Positions 1-12,724 of a stretch of DNA of 64,000 nt are shown one piece after another. The translations under genes were made by a program, and so were the position numbers. This DNA comes from Chrysomallon squamiferum. Lineage: Eukaryota > Animalia > Mollusca. Below the pieces are notes generated by a model. That model did not search any database and was not told the origin of the DNA. It saw nothing but the letters and a program-made list of their open reading frames with translations. The stretch spans positions 13,454,001 through 13,518,000 of the forward strand of contig CM022678.1 of NCBI GenBank assembly GCA_012295275.1. The letters run 5' to 3'. Every line of letters begins with the position of its first letter. Within the stretch, counting starts at the first letter, position 1.

Positions 1-384
1 AACGTAGTGTCCATATCTGCGCACTTAGAAACGCACACACACACACAAACACATAGACGTGAAATGTGACAAGATAGAAGTTGAACTGAATTTTCACTCT
101 TACGAGTAACATGTTTAAAACTGAAATTTCGTTATCAGAAATTCAGAAACTGGAACTGTACTCTTATAGCCTGATGAACAACAGATGTGTTTTACGAACA
201 GATAAAATAAATCACAACTTGCTTGATGTCCACAAGTCAGAACTAAACTCTGTAACAGGTTTGTTGTGGAGCGAGGATTTCTTACATAGTCTGTCATATT
301 AAATAATACTTGATAGTTATTTTATCATTATTTTAAGTTAATTTTTTTTTTTTTTTTTTTTTTTTTTAATTGTTATTGTTATTT

Positions 385-431
<47 letters not shown>

Positions 432-991
432 TTAAAAAATAAATAAGATTATATATTATATGCGAAGAATCCAAATACACTGTCTATTTCGTTACATTTT
501 GTAAGATTTGAAAGCAAAGTTACTTGACAAAGTAATACGGTCTTTATTTCGAAATTCAACAAAGGGGATGTTAATTAAGATATCTCTATATAAGGAGAAG
601 AGAAATCAGATTAGCTGTAAATAATCCTTTTTGTGCACACTGATTACCAGTTGAATAATCTAATTCCAAATTATTCCAAATAGGATACATAGAACAGCAT
701 ACGTATTAAGAAAAATGCAAAATATACAATATGTTCATTATTCCTTTAAATAATTTTATTTATTCAAAAGCGAATGTATATTTTAACTGGCTTCCAGATT
801 TACTGCGTAGACCTATAATCAACATGTTTTAACTATTTTAGTTAAGAAAAATACTAAATAAAAGATATTCTCTCAAGTTTATATTAACATATATCTATAA
901 AAGCACATCTCTGATCAAATTCTATACAGTGCCAGACATATGGATATATAGAGAATACACACGTTTGTTAGAGACAATGGAAAAAGATTGA

Positions 992-2327
992 GACAGAGAC
1001 AAAATGAAAACTGAAACAGTAAACAAACGTCCTCAGTAGACAAACCAGTTTACTGCAAGTTTTTATTATTTATTTATTTATGATGTACTCAGTAGACAAA
1101 CCAGTTTAATGCAAGTTTTTATTATTTATTTATGATGTACTCAGTAGTAGACAAACCAGTTTAATGCAAGTTTTTATTATTTATTTATTTATGATGTACT
1201 CAGTAGTAGACAAACCAGTTTAATGCAAGTTATTATTATTTATTTATTTATGATGTACTCAGTAGTTGACAAACCAGTTTAATGCAAGTTATTATTATTT
1301 ATTTATTTATTTATCAGTTTGACAAACCAGTTTAATGATGTACTCAGTAGTTGACAAACCAGTTTAATGCAAGTTTTTATTATTTATTTATTTATGATGT
1401 TCTCAGTAGTAGACAAACCAGTTTAATGCAAGTTTTTATTATTTATTTATTTATTTATGATGACAAACCAGTTTAATGCAAGTTTTTATTATTTATTTAT
1501 TTATGATGTTCTCAGTAGACAAACCAGTTTAATGCAAGTTTTTATTATTTATTTATTTATGATGTACTCAGTAGTTGACAAACCAGTTTAATGTTTTTAT
1601 TATTTATTTATTTAATGTTTTGACAAACCAGTTTTAGTTTTTATTATTTATTTATTTATGATGTTCTCAGTAGTAGACAAACCAGTTTAATGCAAGTTTT
1701 TATTATTTATTTATTTATGATGTACTCAGTAGTTGACAAACCAGTTTAATGCAAGTTTTTATTATTTTTTTGTTTTATGTACTCAGTAGTTGACAAACCA
1801 GTTTAATGCAAGTTTTTATTATTTATTTATTTATGATGTACTCAGTAGTTGACAAACCAGTTTAATGCAAGTTTTTATTATTTATTTATTTACTCAGTAG
1901 TAGACAAACCAGTTTAATGCAAGTTTTTATTATTTATTTATTTATGATGTTCTCAGTAGTAGACAAACCAGTTTAATGCAAGTTTTTATTATTTATTTAT
2001 TTATGATGTACTCAGTAGTAGACAAACCAGTTTAATGCAAGTTTTTATTATTTATTTATTTATGATGTACTCAGTAGTTGACAAACCAGTTTAATTCTTT
2101 GTTTTAATTCCTCAGTTGTTAACAATCTGGACTGAAACTTCTCCGTTAGGACCAAAATGTGGATAAGTTTTATAAACAACCCTTCCCTTCCCCGTGCAGT
2201 CTGCTGAACCCTGATGTGTTCATCCTCCCTGTCTTCCCCACCAACATCCACCATCTGTGTTCCACCAGAATGCACCATCAGTTCCCCAGCTGTTAACAAG
2301 TCTTCTCCTAACACTTCTTGTACCTGT
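992..2327. repeat. Inverted segmental duplication arm A (partner 39513-40578)
   Basis: The unique 2096-2327 sequence, the 59-bp minisatellite and the GACAGAGACAAAATGAAAACTGAAACA flank all appear reverse-complemented at 39513-40578. ORFs 2060-2314(-) and 39526-39768(+) translate almost identically. Confidence 0.93.
1031..2096. repeat. Minisatellite, about 59-bp unit (AGTAGTTGACAAACCAGTTTAATGCAAGTTTTTATTATTTATTTATTTATGATGTACTC), about 18 irregular copies
   Basis: Directly visible tandem units with variable numbers of ATTT sub-repeats and some truncated units. Confidence 0.95.
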
Positions 2328-2329
2328 TT

Positions 2330-3530
2330 TCCTGTATTTGAATTGCATTCCTACTCGTATGCCAGCACCGTTTTCAATGGCTTTCCTAAGTTCAGCTTTT
2401 GATCCAAATACTACATCACCATTTTTGATAGTTGAGATAACCTTTACCCAGGATCGGGTGTCAACAAACCAACTGACAAATCATTTGTATAAGCACTGTT
2501 ATAAAATACGTATTTCTGTGTTGCAACGGTTCTGGTTGTGTGCGCCAACTGCCACGTCCACACAGGTGTGAGGGGTGAGACTCCTGAGGTTGTAAAGACA
2601 CAGTCCAAAACCTGAGCTGAAACGTCTCCCCATTTGGTTATCACATTGTCTTGCTAGGTTCATTAGAACGGAACGTTCAGAAAACTGGTTGACGCCTTTG
2701 TCCTCCACAGCTGATAATATTATTGTGTCATACCTCTATTCTATGTAATAAACATGTCACAAACACTCAGTTCATAAACGATAATCACGCTATCAGTCCT
2801 TAGAACCATTCATTTAATCAGATTTGGAGCAGTTTATTAATTTGGATTTAGAAAAGGTGGCACTTAGAGAGATGGTTTCTTCCTTGTGAAAAGGGAGCAG
2901 CTATAACAACTGCATCACAAAGTATGTCTGATGTGCATGACAGTGATCTAAATGGAACTTAGAAACTGATGATCCTTACGTAATTAAGCACGGAACTGAT
3001 AAATATAGAAAAGTAAAATTATTCTTACCACAAGTAGGCAAAGCGATTCCAGTTATCATCAGCAGAATGACGAGAAACGCCAAATGTAAATAAACCAGTT
3101 TTACTTTATTGTTTTACACTAAAACTTTGTACAGAGATCTGTAATATTTGTTTAAATTACTAAGAAAGTGTCTTGTCTATTGCAAAGAGAAAAAATTTTT
3201 TTTTTTATTATAACAGGAATTAACTTTGAATAATGTTTGCAGATTTAAAACATATTTGCAAGATGGCTTGACAACATGATGCCAGATAATTGGTCTGGAA
3301 CCTGTATTATTGTTCAGTGACTATCAAATGATATGAACAAGAAAAACTTTATATTCCACAAAGGTCTGAACGTAATGAATTTAACATATTTAACATAAAC
3401 AGTTAAGTGTTGTCAGTAATCAATACATTTCTTCACTTAATACCTCTGCAAAGTTTTCTAAAGAAAACTGTTATTCCGACTTACCATTTTGTCACCAGTA
3501 GCTGTGATCTTTGTTTTGTCAACCAGTAAA
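2330..3530 (-). pseudogene. Decayed copy of a secreted repeat-domain protein gene (5' exon, signal-peptide exon, frameshifted domain exon)
   Basis: On the minus strand there is a short exon ending ACAAAATG|GTAAGT near 3484. A hydrophobic exon LAFLVILLMITGIALPTC-G|GTAAG follows at 3029-3083, with no ATG. Frameshifted coding-like sequence at 2330-2710 includes GDVSAQVLDCVFTT...WTWQLAHTT and VSWFVDTRSWVKVISTIKNGDVVFGSKAELRKAIENGAGIRV (2352-2477). Confidence 0.6.
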
Positions 3531-5153
3531 AACATTCTAAATCTTACTTGGCTGTCAGCCTTTTATTTACAATACAGCACAGCTTGTGATGTATTCTTTT
3601 CTTCTTCTTTTTTTAATTTATTGATTCTTTTTTATATACATTTTTTCACCTTTATTGTGAAAGGTTAGAAAATGAAATTTATTCACTTTGTTAAATAAAA
3701 ATTGATTTATTATAGACAGATTATATAGACAGAGATATACAAAGTTTCCTATAATAAGAAATACATAAATCATTTAAAATAGTTTTGTGCTTTCTAACAC
3801 GCTTTTCTAGTTCATTTGACAATATACATTGTTACGTGTATTGTCATTTACAGTTTCTTAAAATAATCCTACTTAGAACTGTGAAGTCTAAATTTTACAG
3901 GTTTTTTTAAGGATATGAGTGAAAAGATTTTTGTTATTTATTTATTTTTTATTTTTATTTTTTATTTATGTATTTTTATTTTTTAAAGAGCAGATTTTGA
4001 AATGTGTTATACTTATCTCATAATATTTCAGATACGACCCTACATATTATTATTGTTGTTGTTGTTGTTGTTATTGTTATTATTTATTTATTTATTTATT
4101 TATTTTTTTTTTTTTTTTTGAATTGAGAACCATACAAATGACATATGTTTAGGAACAGATATTAAAATAAATAAATAAATAAATAAATAATAATAAAAAT
4201 AAAAATAATAATAATAAAGCAAAACATACATACATATATATATATATACACACACACAAAAAAATATAATCTACAGTTTAATCTTCGGTTTATCAAAAGT
4301 TTTGGCCTATTTAGTTGAAGCCTCTGAGAAGGTTTCAGAGACTATTTTGTTGTTATTCAATATTAAAACAAATTTATTCTTAACATTCTAGAACTAAATT
4401 ATCTCTAGGAATTATAAAATTCAGACGAGTATTATCTGACTATTCTGTTCACACTGCTGAGTACAGCTGAAGCTGCTGCTGTGTCTGTCCACCTCCACAC
4501 AGTGCGCTTCTCACTGGTGAACTTCTTGTACTTGTAATTTAAACTAATTTTAGAACTGATGCTGTGTTATCTGTTAGTCATTTAGAAAGTAAAACACATC
4601 TGTCGTTCTGAATATCCATTGATTTAAAAGAATTTTCAAACGAAGTAAATAAATAAATATATATCTATTAAAATAAAAATCTCTATAAAGAAAGCAGAAT
4701 ATTATGCATATAATGAAAAAAGAGGTAACTTCTTTTATTTATCAACATTATTATTAGTAGTGTAGTAGTAGTAAAATTATTCTTTCGTTGCATATACATA
4801 AGAAAACGTACATCTTTAGAGTGATTATAAAATTAATTGATATTCACGTTAGAAGGATAATTATTCTTTTTTTTTTAAAAAGATAGTTATTATTTTAAAG
4901 TACATATTTGGTTCGGTTCGATTTTCTGAAATTTAAACGATGTTAAATTAATTTTAAATTGTGGTGCCGTTTAGGGCTAAACTATAAACTTCTAGGGACG
5001 ATAATAATAATGATAATAATAATAATTAAAAAACAATACAAATAATTAAAGAGCATTACAAAACAGAACAGCATGAAAGATTCTTTTGTTAACACAAAAC
5101 TGAAATAAACTGCAATCGCTAGAATAAAAGAAGCAGTATGATTAAAAAAGACT
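2997..5153. repeat. Inverted segmental duplication arm B (partner 33817-36215)
   Basis: 2997-4334 is the reverse complement of 34864-36215, and 4333-5153 is the reverse complement of 33817-34680, with only scattered substitutions and microsatellite length changes by eye. The right copy has about 180 extra bp (34681-34863). Confidence 0.95.
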
Positions 5154-6101
5154 GCAATAAAATTATCTGAATGAATTATACCTGCTTCGGCAATATTTGT
5201 ATCAGTAAATAAATAAATAAATACACAAATAAACAAATTAGAATTTGAAAATGAAAAATGTTTTATTAAAACTAAGGTTAACCTTTGGATCTAAAAGGTA
5301 TTTGTCACAAAATATTTTATTTAAATTAAGTATTATTATTAAAATGCAATCAGAAGATATGAACAAAATATTTTCACCTCATTTTTTTTGTCTGTTTGTC
5401 AATAAATGATGTCATAATTTTTATTATATACTTTGTTACACTGCGGCCGAATGTTTTAGAAAATTAGAAATATGTTGTGAATGGTGAATACACTAACTGA
5501 TCTACCCATTTCCACAATGTTTACTTGTTATCACAGAGAAAATCAAAAAAGAGACTTATCTTTTGTCTGTAACAGTATCTGATCTTTGTGTTTTCTCAAC
5601 AAATATTAATTCTTACCTGCGCTGTCGACCTGTTAATTACAATACAGCGGAATTTGCAGTATATTCTCTTTTTCTTTATTGAGTTTTTTATGTACATTTT
5701 TTCCCCTTTGTTCTGAATGGCTAAAAACTAAAAGCTGATTTGCTGTAGAAAGATATGATAGATAGATTTTACAATGGTCCCCCAGCTGAACAGCTGCTGC
5801 GACGTAAGGACACTTTTCTCAGTCCCCTTGTTTTTCTGTAGACACGTCTCTCAAATGAGCGGACTTCCGCGTACACAGTTTTAAATACTTGTTCCTCTGC
5901 TAAAGTGGACAGTCATACCTCTTTGAATTGTTTTCTCCAAAATAAATATATTTATTTTACGAAGGTTTATACGATATTTTTAATTAATTGCACAGGGACT
6001 CTTTTGTGTTTTGTGATTTACTCTTGACGCATGACAAAAACCCGAGAACTGCAATCGCCGAAAGTTTTCCCGCCAAACAAATATAATCTTTTGATGGTTT
6101 C

Positions 6102-6232
<131 letters not shown>

Positions 6233-8800
6233 ATGCGCGGGAAAGAATTCTCACTTAAGATAAGGCTGTATTGAAAAGGTGAGTTGAAGATAATTATCAG
6301 CTTCACAAACGACAGATGTTTAGAAATGTAAACAAACAAGAATTTACTGGCATATTTGTTTTAAATGGGCCGTAAGTTCAATAACTGAAAAACTGCATCT
6401 GCTTCGTTATGGTAAGGACCTGTGTCATCAAAATCTAAATATGTATGTATGTATGAATAAATAAATATGTTACTAATCTAAATCCTAAAAGTTGCGCTTT
6501 TTAAAAAATAAACAAATGCTACGGGTTTATCGAAAATTTAGGCCTATTTGATTTGATGCGTCTGAGAAGGTTCATAATAAAATATCACTTACTGCTACTC
6601 TGATTTCTATTGACGATATTCAGTTACATTAAATTATTTGTTACTTCAGAAATTTTACGAAGATGTAGATAAAAAATATCCTGGAAGTAACACAAAAATT
6701 CTCTGTTGGAAATGAACAGGTCACAGATTTGTTACACACAGAGTTGTTTGAGAGTCTGTACTGTTGTATTTTAAATATTTAAACCAACTTAGATGTAAAG
6801 AATGTTTTGACAGATACGAAGTTCAAACTTTAGTTAAGTTGAAGTATTATTTAAAAAAAATGTTCTGGTGATTCTAGATATATTAAATATATATTTATGT
6901 GTTGCTGACTGACTGTCCAGCTGTCTCAGATTTCTGAAGATAAAATTGATTCATTTGGTAATTTTAATTAATTTTAGGACTGATGCTGTTTTACCTTTCA
7001 TATCAGAAAATAAAAATCTATGTGTGAGCAGAACAAAGGTTCGAGTTTCTGAACATTCACTGATTAAAAATAACCTTAAAATGAAACAAACAGTAACTTG
7101 TTTTATATGTGTATTGTGAATAATAATGAAATTATCAGAACAGTTTGAATCTGATTGCTTGTGGTAAATCACTATTAAAAATTTATGTTCAACTAGCTGA
7201 CAAGAAAATGGCATCTTAATTAAATGTTTGTTTTTGCAGACTAAACTATTCCATTGTTCCAGTTCATTGTTGACGTCCAAGAAGGGCTGTTGGAACTGCT
7301 CTTATTAAATATAAAAATAAACATAGAAAATAGCATTTCGGAACTAATTTAAATTATCTACTGAAATGTAATGTTCAGACATTAATTAATAATTGTAAAA
7401 TATCATTTGACTGATCTCCTGGATTAAATATTAAAACAATTTTTGGTGCTGTTGTGTACGTGCGATACCTAACCACTGTTTGCCAAACCATGCACAAACC
7501 TACGACAGAGTTTGTATCTGATTGGTGGACTACTTTGGGATTTCTGTTGTCAATATTAAATTATTTGTTACTTCAGACATTTTAATTACAACAACAACAA
7601 TAATAACACCCCCTATTTAAACATACACAACTGTCAAAATCCATTAAACGAATTAAAATTGAAATACACTGGTATTTTTGTTGCTGGTGTTGTTGTTGAT
7701 CAATTGGTTAAATAGAAAAGTTTAAAATAATAATTTTACTATTTAACCAGCTGATCAACAAACTTGTCATATATTAATACCAATTATTTCAAGAGAGTAA
7801 CCAGTTAGTTCGTTTATCCTGCAATCCTAAGTAAAAGACAAACTAAAAGAAATTAACTGTTTCCTTTCTGAGTAAACACTAGCAGTCACTTTATTGATTT
7901 CGTTGTCCATATACATCGAAAGAAAATAGTTTAAAAAAAAAAAAAAAAATCTTTTTTTCTTTTTTTAATATCAAAATGGTTTTTTAATTTCTAAAATATA
8001 TACTGCGAAGATCACAGATGGCCCAGTTCACATCGAAAGAAATTTTATTTTTTAGAAAACAGCTTATTTTTTCTTAAATGATTTCAAAATTGTTCTAAAC
8101 CAGCAATTAGATACAAACAAAGTTACTCAACAATGTATCGTTTATCTTATTTTAATTTTATATATTCTCAGGGTTTCAGCGTATAAAATAATAATAATAA
8201 TAATTTTAAACAAAATTTTAAAAAAATTAAAAATTAAATGTTTCTGTTTCCAGTGAGCAGAACGTGCAGCCATGAGGTTTGTTGAGCAGACGTAACATCG
8301 CTCGAACATACCTGACCTTTCCAAAACAACATCATCATCATCATCATCATCATCATCATTATTATTATTATTAGGACTACATATCCATTAAAACAATTTT
8401 TTTTCGTAAACTGTTCAGTTCGTTTTTTCAAAAGTTTATTTTTATCAATTACATTTTATATAAGTGAAAATTTTGGATATATTTATATACATTTTATACT
8501 TTGTTAAGGTGTTGTATCTCTCAAAGCATTTGAATAATAATCAAGTTTATCCATTCCAATAAATAAAATATTTTAATTAGTATTTAAAAACTGAAAGTAG
8601 GAATTCTCTTTCATGCACATATAAATACTAGTACTGAGTAGAATAATTAGTTTCAGTTTTTCAATTAAAATATTTTAGGAATATTACATATTATAAAATA
8701 ATGTTATTAATGTAGATATTCACTGTGGGTAGTTCCAGATTAAAATGCCTGAGTATGAAACTCATACTGGTTGTGCTGTCTGAAACCTATGCTCAGATCT

Positions 8801-9040
8801 CTTTCACTCAGTCTGTAATTTTTAACTTTCACTCAGTCTCTGTAATTTTAAACTTTCACTCAGTATCTGTAATTTTAAACTTTCACTCAGTCTCTGTAAT
8901 TTTAAACTTTCACTCAGTATCTGTAATTTTAAACTTTCACTCAGTATCTGTAATTTTAAACTTTCACTCAGTATCTGCAATTTTTAACTTTCACTCAGTG
9001 TCTGTAATTTTTAACTTTCACTCAGTGTCTGTAATTTAAA
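8801..9040. repeat. 27-bp minisatellite (ACTTTCACTCAGTATCTGTAATTTTAA), about 9 copies, just downstream of the ALDH8A1 stop
   Basis: Visible tandem units; they explain the NFHSVSVIL repeat ORF at 8725-9039. Confidence 0.95.
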
Positions 9041-9107
9041 TCTCACTACACAGCTGGTTTAGACAAGACACATTTCAGTAAGAGGTTAAAAAAGTGTATT
9101 TTGATAA

Positions 9108-10577
9108 TCAGTTCCACAGTTTGACACAAACTGTCTTTTCTTCTGTAAAGAAATTCAGTGACTCCTTAGTTCCTTCTCGTCCTATTCCAGACTCCTTCAC
9201 TCCTCCAAAAGGCATGTTGAGGTCCCGGACCAACCAGCAGTTTGCCCACACAGTTCCCACCTGAAAAAAATAAAAAATTAATGACAATAAATATACACAT
9301 TAAGAAAGCAAAAATAACTTTAAATAAACAGGTAGCAGTTTTAATCATTTGTATTTCAATAAAATTCTATCTGCAGCTTAATGAACCTACTTCAAATTGA
9401 TCGCCTTCACAACAAAACAAAAAAATTCAATATAATCCTTCCCACAAAATAGCACACATTTATGTTCTTTAGGATAGTTATACTTAGCTGTAAATACACT
9501 TGTCTTTAATAAACTAATTTTAAAGTTTGATGCTGTCTGCTCTTTCAGTCTATTCAGTGGACTAAATAACAAAGTCTTACATCAAGTTGCTTGGCTACTC
9601 GGTGCAGGCGGCTGACGTTGTTAGTCCACACCACAGCACACAGACCATACTTCACTGCGTTTGCTCTTTTGATTACCTGAACAACATAAACACAAATACA
9701 TAATATAACCATTCTACAGAATTTATAAAGGAATAAATTGAAGTATAAATAACAAAATCAATATTATAAATATCTTAATCAATCAATCAAAACAATAATA
9801 CTAATAATATTTATAATAATAAGAAGAAAAAGAAGAAGACAAAGAAATTAAATTTAGAAAAAAAATAAAATAAAATAAAAAAAATAAAAAAATAAATAAA
9901 CAAAAAAATTAATGAGAATGTTTTTGTGAAATATATTGTTATCTTTGATGTAATTATAGCTGTTTTGCTGTTAGTAATTTTAATTTGTTACTGTCACTAT
10001 TTTTATTATTATTTTTTTTTGTCCTTCTATAATCTTCAGACAGCATTATTTTTTATTATTTCACTGATATTTTTGTTCCATTCAGTAATCTTTACTAAGT
10101 TTATCTCAGTTTGGTCATTTTTTACTTTTTCTGATTTCAAGTAAAAATGCTTGTATTGTGTAAAACAATTTAGGGGTTTTGTGTTAATAGGAGGTTTGTT
10201 TCTCACATTTTTAACTTAGTGAGTTTACATTTTAACTATTAGAGTTTAGAATTAGCAGTTATTATTTGTAGTTTTTAACTTTAACAGAACGATTTTCATT
10301 TTTGTTAAAAAAGAGGAACTGGAAATAAAATTCTCAATTTAGATTAGTTGAATCTTCATTGTTTAATGTTGTAAATATGAAAACCTAATGTCATTGTTAC
10401 TGTTGTATTTAGCATAAATTTTTTGTTATTACTTTTTGTTTTCAGCTGGGAGGCAAAATGTTTTACTGTGACAATTATGATCTCAATGTTTTATTCGTAA
10501 TTTTGTTGGCAATTATTTTGGCACTAATTTTAATTTCACTGTCAAATTGATAATAATCATAAATAAACCTGAAAAGC

Positions 10578-10612
<35 letters not shown>

Positions 10613-12682
10613 ATATTATTCATAATAATAATAATCCCATTTAATGGAAGGAAAATAGAACTAGCTGGGTTGTTAGTGGTATATGGTGGCAGGGGAGGTA
10701 ATGGCCAAAGGGAATTAACCCTAGTTGACTGTCCTAGACAATACAAGTGCCCGATGCACAGAAATTGATATTTTCCATTTGAGTGCCAGGAACAGGAAAA
10801 AGTTCCCACCCAGCCACCACATAAATATAAATGTTGTTTTCATAATACTGCTCTCGAGTTTTTCAGCTGGTTGAAGAAAAATGAACATTTAATTTTGCTC
10901 TAATACAAGTAGTTTAATGGGGTCAGGTAATTTAATCTGTTGCACTGTCTCGTGGGAGACAGCTAATGTTCATCAGGCCCAGGTTAGATTCCACCTACTG
11001 ATCTGTAGGGGAACAGGTGCCAGATGAATCTGCTCCACCTATGGAGCTGAAGAGGAGTGGTTCTGCCCACCTAGGAATTACTGAGGGGGCTGGTTTAATT
11101 ACAGCAATTGCAGATTTGGAACATGCCCACTCTCTGATTAAAAGACCAGCAGGGGTTTAGCAGCCAGCCACATGTACCAGGCTGGCACTGACAAGCCACG
11201 CAAGCTGTCAGTGTGTCTCCAGGGTCCTGGGTTTTTAGTTTTAGTCAGCTTTTATACCCTGCAGTAAAAGGGGTTTGGGGTATTCATGTAAATTTAAATA
11301 ATTGTATATCATGAAATGTCTCACTTGTACATAGGTATGTAAATAAATAAATAAATATATATATATGTGTGTGTGTGTGTTATCATTCGTGGTGTTTTTT
11401 ATCTGGGCATTAATAATAATCATAAATAAAACTGACTCCATAATAATAATTATACTCATAATAATAATAATAATAAAAATGATGAAGACGATAAATAAAA
11501 CTGATTATGACAGTGATAACAGAAGTTACAAAAAGAATCATACTTCATCCTCTTTATCAAATGGAACAACACAAGTCACAGGTCCAAAGATCTCTTCTGT
11601 CATCAGTCTGGAGTCATCAGTGACATCAGTTATAACAACAGGCTGCATGAAGTACCCCTGAACAACCATTTTATTTAACAAGTGAATAACAAACAAATAA
11701 CTGATAACAATTTAGTAAGGAAATAAAATAAATAAATAAAAATAAGTTTCAAGGAAATAAAATTAAATAACAAATAAGTAAATAAAATACATAAATAAAT
11801 CCATAAAGATATTAATAAATCAATAGCTAATGAAATTAATGATTCAGAAAAAGATAAGAATAATAAGAATGCAAATGAAATTAACTAAATAAAACAAACA
11901 AACAATTTATTACAAATAATGATGAAAATAAATAAATATTATTAAGAAACAAGTATAAAATAAAGAAAACAAAATAAAGAAAAAATAAAATATCCTGTTG
12001 GATGTATCAGAAATTAGACACTTGCCAGAAAACCAAAAAGATAAAAAGTAAGTAAAAGAAACTTACATTTTGGTTTCTCTCTGGAAGTACAAGTTCAGAT
12101 TTATCTTTATGAATTGTGGCTCCTTCTTCTGCTGCAAGTTTAATGTAATTTTTAACTTTGTCCAGATGTGCTTGACTGATCAAAGCACCGATAAATGTTT
12201 CGTCATTGTTGGGATCACCAACTTTCAGTTTCCTTTTTAATAAAGAGAAAAGTTCTTAGACACAAGAAAGATATACATATGAAAAAACAAGTAAAGAAAG
12301 TTAAGAAAGAAAAAAAGGAAAACAAGGAAATTATTAACAGTACTAATAGAATACACACTAAATAAATAAATAAATAAAAAAGTAAGAAAGAGGTTACTGA
12401 GGTTTCAGGATATCCCAACCACAGAATAGAAACAAAATCATGTTAATAAATAAATATCATACAAAAATGTGTAGAAAAACAAATAACTACTTCAGTACAT
12501 CCTAATATTTACAACTAAAATCTATTCTCATTCAATCTACACCTTCCAAGATAAGAAAACATAATTGAATTATACATATTTCCATCTTAGGTTTCTTATT
12601 TTTCTTTTTTTTAGTGAATTAATCTCAAAGTTTACTAATGAAAGGATACAGATTTAAAATATCTCTGGGGTTTGCTATTCTT

Positions 12683-12724
<42 letters not shown>

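Noticed and set aside
1031-2096. CRISPR-like appearance of the 59-bp arrays (also 39744-40525 and 24559-24896)
   Set aside because: The units are head-to-tail with no unique spacers, there are no cas genes, and the context is eukaryotic. They are minisatellites.
2060-2314. 84-aa ORF (and its twin at 39526-39768) as a conserved small protein
   Set aside because: The similarity only reflects the recent inverted duplication. Both have non-ATG starts, no recognisable domain, and run into the minisatellite.
5770-5930. Possible DNA-transposon relics here and at about 16958 (CAGGGGCGGATCT) and 48003 (CAGTGGTTCCAAAGTGTG)
   Set aside because: Only one TIR-like end or vague similarity was seen, and no partner TIR or TSD could be located.
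8725-9039. 104-aa NFHSVSVIL repeat ORF
   Set aside because: It is a by-product of a 27-bp stop-free minisatellite, with a GTG start, antisense to the ALDH8A1 3' region.
10940-10980. Possible hammerhead ribozyme (CTGATGA on the minus strand); also CTGATGA at about 17677 and 39495
   Set aside because: There is no correctly placed stem II-GAAA core or closing helices.
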